Source: Eledone cirrhosa
Lineage: Eukaryota
Direction of reading: 5' to 3'
DNA length: 64,000 nucleotides
NCBI GenBank assembly: GCA_964016885.1
Contig: OZ024741.1
Location: 156,426,001-156,490,000 of the forward strand
In this document: piece by piece, positions 57,311 through 64,000 of the stretch
Position numbering within the stretch: position 1 is the first letter of the stretch
Layout of the letters: each line of letters begins with the position of its first letter
Position numbers and translations under genes: made by a program
Notes under the pieces: model-generated
The model's database searches: none
The model's input: only the letters and a program-made list of their open reading frames with translations
Told to the model about the DNA's origin: nothing

Positions 57311-58572
57311 CAACAACAATAACAGCAGATCTGATGCAGACCTAAGATTATAGTAATAAATTATTATAATAAATCTGATTATTTGGGGAATTCTTTTTCT
57401 TTTTTTCATCTTACCAGTGAAAGACTGCATTTCGATAAAATAAATAATTTTCTACAAAGATTAATGCCCTCATCTTTGCTATTAACATTTTCTTCGAAAA
57501 AATCGCCACCCTACTCTAATCAACGGTTTTAATCATTATGAAAGACACTGAGAAACAGTTTTGCTATCGTTTCTTGTATTTCATGCGAGATTTTAACGCA
57601 AATCATTCACCCGACCACACACACACATGCGCAAAATTACTCCCGCTATCACCCAATGTTATCGTAGTGTACTCAGTCAATCATAAATGTTTACCGCATG
57701 TTAAACATTGCCGGATATCTGAAAATTGAATGTAAATGATTCCGCCATTGCATTTTACAAACTACAAAATTGTACCAAGTGAAGCAGGAAAACATTTAGA
57801 TCCATTTTTCGATAAAAAATATACTAATGACAAATTTATCAAATCTATCATGAATAGCTGAGCAATCTCTTTCGGAATAGAAACCGTAATACTTCACCGT
57901 TGTTATTTGATTAAAAAAAACATGAACAACAGCTGCAATGTTAGCAACAACATCAACTGTGACACCGGCAGTAGCAGCAGAATCAACAATAGAGATATCA
58001 ACAACGACAGAAGTTGTAGCAACAACATCAACTGTCAACTACAACATCAACCAACAACGGTAGCAGTAGTAACAACAACAAAAACAACACAGTCAATAAA
58101 CAAAGTCAACAACAAAAACAACAGTAGCAACAACAACGTAAACAGCAACACCGATGAAAACGATATCAAAGCGATAAAAACAACATCAACAAAAGTCTTC
58201 TAAAGGATATTACTTAAATGCGCTGTTTTTGCTTGTTTTTCTTTGGGGCAAAGGGGAAGGATAAGATTTTTAGAATGTAATTTAACTTGCCCATTATGCT
58301 TTTCAGTTTTCAGAAAGCAATATCTGAGAAGCTATAAAGTTCGTTGACACTGCTGTTAGCTTATTGCATTGTTGTATCGATAAAACAAATGAGCTTCGAT
58401 AGGTTTCGATGAGTGTCCCAGTTATCCATTCAATGGAGCAGCCCGTTCATGATATTAACTTGCACATATCTGAGGGTTCCATAGACTAGTATACACTTAA
58501 CGTTGTTCTCAGGGGGATTCAGCGTGAGACAAGATTGGCATTTTGAATTACAAATACAATCAATCTGTATTA

Positions 58573-58750
58573 GCAGTATCGGTAGAGGGATGGACGCTAT
58601 GCCTTGCAGCATAGAGTTACGTCCCTTTACGGTCTGAGTTCAAATCCCGCCGAGGTTAACTTTGCCTTTCACCCTTATGGGGTCGATAAAATAAAGTACC
58701 AGCAATGCACTGGGATAATTGCTGGCCTTGTGCCAAACGTAGAAACAATT
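58573..58750 (+). mobile_element. SINE-like repeat, family S1
   Basis: Homologous to 1025-1200; B box GAGTTCAAATCC. Confidence 0.78.
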
Positions 58751-59214
58751 ATATCGTATGTGGCTGAGTATTCAATAAACATGCGAACCCTTACCGTAAT
58801 GTTCAGGGTTATTCAGTGTGACACCCATTGAGTGACAAGGCAGGCCGTCTTAATTACAGCAACAGAGAATGCAATGCCTTCCTCAAGAACGCTGAATTAT
58901 ACTGTCTGAGAATTAAACCCACGACATTATGTTTGTTATCCCAACATTCTAACACATTCTAATACGAAAACATGTTTATATTTATCTAAACTCCTTCTAT
59001 TGTTAAGTCAAGTTACAAACATCTGAAAAACATCTTGGGTGTATTACTAAATCCCTTCAAATTCATGATTATTTCCAGAATTATTTAAAAATCATAGACA
59101 GTGTTTATTCATTACAAATACAGTATTGGAAGGGTTGAAGTTCTAATAGTATTCTAAAACGTTCCATCATAATTTTAAACATTTGTTAAGTTGTGTTCCA
59201 AAGACCAGCTTAAT

Positions 59215-59393
59215 AATTGTTTCTACTTTTGGCACAAGGCCAGCAATTATCTCAGTGAATCACTGATTCTTTATTTTATCGACCACGTAAGGATGAAAGG
59301 TAAAGTTAACCTTGGTGGGATTTAAACTCAGTTTATAAAGGGTCGTCACTCTATGTTGTAAAGCATGGTGTCCGACCTTTTACTGATACTGCC
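59215..59393 (-). mobile_element. SINE-like repeat, family S1 (more diverged)
   Basis: Reverse-complement homology to 1025-1200. Confidence 0.7.
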
Positions 59394-60221
59394 AGAGAAA
59401 GATATACTAAGCTATTCGAAATTCTTTATTCTTTTCAAAATTATTTGAAAATCATATGACATGATTTTCATTAGTATTATGGTAACAAAAGGGTTAAATT
59501 ATTCGTCTAAAAACCTTCTATCACAATTTTATGTAAGAACCTTTGTTAAGTTATATTCCAAACACCAGTTTAATATTGAGAAAGTTAGTTATATTACAAA
59601 AGCGTTGAAAGTTGTTTATTATGTTTGTAATGATTTGAAAACTTAGGCAGTATCTTTCAATCAAAATATTGTTACGATAGGTTTATCGTTATACAACTAC
59701 CTATGTCACCACACCACTCTACACCTTCCTCCACTACAACACGACTAATAACAAAAGAGTCTTCTCTTCCAATCTCCTTCTACAAAGAAATACACTTCTC
59801 TAGCAAATTATTGCACAATAAATTACTTTAAAACTAATTAAGATATTCGAAAGATTTTTTTTATTCATATTTCAATTTATATTATTCTATTCACTAAAAA
59901 GACATTACACACGGTAAAAATATTGGAATTTGAAGGAGAGGGGGGGGGGGGTGCATAATTAAGTTTCTCATTACAAACGACAACAAAATAAAGAAGCAAC
60001 AACAATAAAACAAACCAGCCAACCAAAAAAACGAGAAAGTGTTGGAGCTGAAAATTAGATTCAAAAGACATATTCCACGGGTAGTTTTACTTCAATTACT
60101 AAAAGATTTAGTAAGGAAACATTCATGCATATGTATATGTATCCCCCCCCCCGCTCTCTATCCATCCCTCGCCCCCCTCCTCTCTCTCTCTCTACTCTTT
60201 CTATACTCAATTAAATACACT

Positions 60222-60254
<33 letters not shown>

Positions 60255-60427
60255 AGAGGTGTGAGTATTTATATATATATATATATATATGCGTGTATGA
60301 TGCTTCCATTAACGTATGCATTCAGTACAATTAAGTGGAAATAATTAAAGTCCCATTTTAATATAAATATATATGTATATATATATATATGTATATATAT
60401 ATATGTGCGAGTGTGTTTGTGTGTATG

Positions 60428-60458
<31 letters not shown>

Positions 60459-60478
60459 CCATGCGTGTTTGTGTGTAT

Positions 60479-60522
<44 letters not shown>

Positions 60523-60573
60523 GTGTTTGTGTGTATGGACATATATATATATATATATATACATGTGTTTGTG

Positions 60574-60610
<37 letters not shown>

Positions 60611-60852
60611 TATCCAAAAGGACTTCCTTCCGACCTTCATAAAGAATTTTGATTCTTTAGTTTTCTATAAAAATGATATCTGTTTAACAGTCGGATCGAT
60701 ATATCAATATATCGATTTTCAAGCATCCAGTGGCGTGGTGATTAAATAGGTTTCCGAAGTATTCGTTATAATGAATTTGTTCGATTGAATGCATCAATTT
60801 CAATGGGTATTAATTAATAAATATCATTTTTATTATTGTTATTAGTATTATT

Positions 60853-63800
60853 GTCATAATAGTGGAAGCTGCGCTCAATGGCATGAGACAAGACACAGGG
60901 TACATAGCGAGGGGCAGACAATACGGCACCATCTCGGTGCTGTGTCAATCGGAAGCCTTTGCTATGAAACATTCAGTGGCACCCAGCAAAACCAACAAAT
61001 TTATCATGTACCCCTCCAACATGTGACGGAGAATCGTTCGACACCGTATTAATAGTATTCCACCAGGACTGAACTTGTGATGGCTCCTGGGATACGTGAT
61101 TGAGGAGGGGACAGATGCCGCTCTGATTGAGGTCACAAGAACAACCAGGGAGGACTGATTCTGAGATCCTTCTCCAAATCAAACCAGAAGACTTAAAAAA
61201 AGATCCCGGACCACATCCGGCTCCAAAACAGGACGGGACTACAAATAATCATGGCGGACAGCTCAAAATTGCAATGGGTCGCAAGCTTGCGTTGCTGCCG
61301 ACGCCAGGGCGAAGACCACTATCAACACCAGTACCGGTAAAACCACCATTAGCAACACCAGCGGAAACACCACCGCCAGCGATGACCTTCGAGGGGAAGA
61401 CAAAGATTCCCCTCCCCTCACAAACACACCAAAAAGACAAAGAATACACACATTGACACAAACACAAACACAAAACACTTCCAAACACAGACAGCTCGTC
61501 TTTAAGGAGCAAAGACGAGACAAATTTAAAAAAAAAGAAAAGGAACAATAGAAGAAGCACAAAAAAACCTTCTCACATCCACATAAGAAAATGTAGATCA
61601 CACACACGACAAACACAAACACTTTTACACTAACACCAATACAACCGCCACCACCACCAGCACAATCCCTCTTACACAAACAACCATAACAAACACAAGT
61701 ACAAAATAATACAAAACTTCGTGCTATTAAGATTGGCCATCAAGGATTTGATGGCCCTGATAGCACTAAGGCAAGAAATAGAAAAGAGGGAGAAAATATT
61801 CGGCACCAGCACATTTCGCATACAGGAGGATCTGATGATGGTACGAATGCCGCTCGGTGCGTACAAAGGGATTATGGAGAGCTTTCCTCGGGAAGAGAGA
61901 ACCCAGAATATGAAATCCATAACAGAAGTCTTAAAGAGGTTCCTCCCACCAACCATGGAAGTAGAACTACCCGAACTCTACAAGACCCCGGTAAGTAAAC
62001 ATTTCCTCTCTCTTTTAGCCTGCAAACATGAACATATTAAGAGTAGGATGTTTAAATGTTCGTGGCCTCGGATCGCCCTGGAAGCAGAGTCACCTGCTCA
62101 ACGATTTCAGGTCTCTAGATATGGATACGATTGCCGTCAGCGAGGCTAGAATTCCGACACGCGCACACTAGCCCCCATTTTCGCATCTCTTAGTCGGGCT
62201 GGAATGGGAGGTGGGGTGGCAGTGCTGTATAGGAAAGGCCCGGATTTCGAGATAAGTTCGTATTTCCGGGACCCGGACGGTAAGTTGGTGGTCCTAGACG
62301 TGAGCAATAGCGAAGGTGGTGCCTTTAGACTGGTAGCCATCTGGAAGTCTTTCTGGGAATGTCTCGCCCTTTATTGTTAGCGAGGCACTGAAATGGCATC
62401 TTAGACTCACACTGGGATTACGTGGGTCATCTATATCGTATATAGATAGTCTTTTTAATTAGGTCAGTAGATAAGGTTAGTATAGGTTGTCCTCATTTTC
62501 AAACTGTCGCCTATTCAGGGCACAAGTTTGTGATCTGCATTGTCAACCTAGATAAGACACGCAGGTTAGGCCCTGATTACTGGAAGCTAAACATGCCATT
62601 CCCCACACATAAAGCTTACAGAGACAGGATCGAAACTTTAATTAAGTGTAAGTGGACAGTGAGGTCATCAACAACAGGTGGAGTGGGGCACGCAAGAGAG
62701 AGATTAGACTAATATCGATAGGCTTTAGTAAAGTAGTAGTGCTAGAAAAAAATAGAATAGAGGGGAATTTGTTGGCTACATTAGATGAGGCTATTTGTAG
62801 TGGCATTGCGACTGATTGTGCTGGCAACGAGAATAGCATTAGACCACTCCTTCAAGGCGAAACACGAACGTTGCATTGTAAGAGCTAAGACACCTGCTCT
62901 GAAAACGAGGGTACGAAAGCTGTTGGATGTGCCCGTGTGGAGGAGGCGCAGCGTGATAGCAAAACCACGAATCGGTCTCTGATTGACCGAGACGAACGCG
63001 TGCTGAACTATTCCAGGCATATGTCTGCGCCTTTAGCCAGCACTTTGCTCGACTGTTCAGGGAAGGCGGCTGTCGGAGACGGTGGTGGACTTTAGTTCCT
63101 AACTTAAAGGCCTCCCACAACTCTCCCCAGCTGATTCTGAGCGCTATGAAAAGCTGTTAACATCAGCCGAGATTCGGGATGCCCTAGTCGGTCGCACGCT
63201 GCGCATATCACCCGGTTTTGATGGTCAGATCTACAAGTTTTACGTAGAAATGCCAGATTTATTCTCCAATCTCTTCCGAGCGTAGTAACGAGTAGTAACG
63301 TGTAGTAACGTGTAGTAACGCTGATGAGGAAAGACGAGAACAAGAAGGACACTTTAGATAATTTCAGGCTCATATCTCTGTTAAACACAGAGTTTATGAC
63401 TTTGGCCCAGGTGCTAGAAAATAATTTGGCCCTTGTCGTTGAGGGTCTGGTAGGGAAGATGTAAACTTGCGCAATCCCGACTAGGTCCATAAATAACAAC
63501 CTTCACTTCATGCGATTCATCATAGAGAAGGTAGGGTGTAAACCTGGCTTCGGTGGGTCTCTGATCAATTTAGATCAATCGAAAGCTTTCGATAGGGTTG
63601 TCCAAAGAGGCCTGGAGGCTGTCCTCAAGGCAGCTGTCTTTGGACCCATTTTCAGAGGCTGAATCGCTGCCATGCACCGCGGCACTTATTCGGTGGTAAA
63701 AGTAAATGCCCACCTTTTGGAACCGTTCCAGTTCGCAGCTTCCGCCCGTCAAAGGTACCCTCTCTCCTACATTCTGTATGCATTGGTGCTCAAGCCATTA

Positions 63801-64000
63801 CTACGCAAGTTGGAATTGTTGCAGGGCATCCAGCTCGGTCCGGGACGTGGAAGGGCTGTTTCGGCATAAGCGGGCGCCATAACCATGATGGTATTGAACA
63901 CCTCGAGAATCAAGGTGGTCGGCACCTTCTTAGAAGAATATGAAAGACGGACGGGAGAAACACTTAACCCGGAAAAGTCGGTGAGTCTGCAGCTCGGCAC
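60853..64000 (+). mobile_element. Older, degraded Tx1/L1-clade LINE, 5'-truncated in ORF1, running off the window
   Basis: ORF1-like start aligns to 49890-50130; ORF2 start at 62028 MNILRVGCLNVRGLGSPWKQSHLLND; YWKLN, LINLDQSKAFDRV; many stops. Confidence 0.88.

Noticed and set aside
57907-58203. Asn/Thr-rich ORF
   Set aside because: Degenerate (AAC)n low-complexity sequence with no domain or exon evidence

Overview
AT-rich, microsatellite-saturated animal DNA. Octopus/cephalopod is likely, inferred from the huge (TA)n seas and the SINE types. I can support no host protein-coding gene, and most ORF-track entries are (TA/CA)n translation artefacts. The window is a nest of retroelements: two near-full-length Penelope-like elements (PLEs; RT plus C-terminal GIY-YIG), several PLE 3' fragments, a 5'-truncated RTE LINE with three C2H2 fingers, two older RTE remnants, three Tx1/L1-clade LINE copies sitting in (ATT)n, tRNA-derived SINEs and a non-autonomous Helitron. 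The main hidden signal is about 30 type-I hammerhead ribozyme (HHR) motifs, 31 by my manual count including partial and degenerate ones, in about 14 sequence families. Many lie in head-to-head fold-back units embedded in (TA)n and nested inside each other. They include a 557-bp tandem HHR repeat (retrozyme-like), two families with a compensatory U3-A8 core, and one with a ~115-nt stem II. All structures were read by eye, coordinates may be off by a few bp, and no activity is demonstrated.
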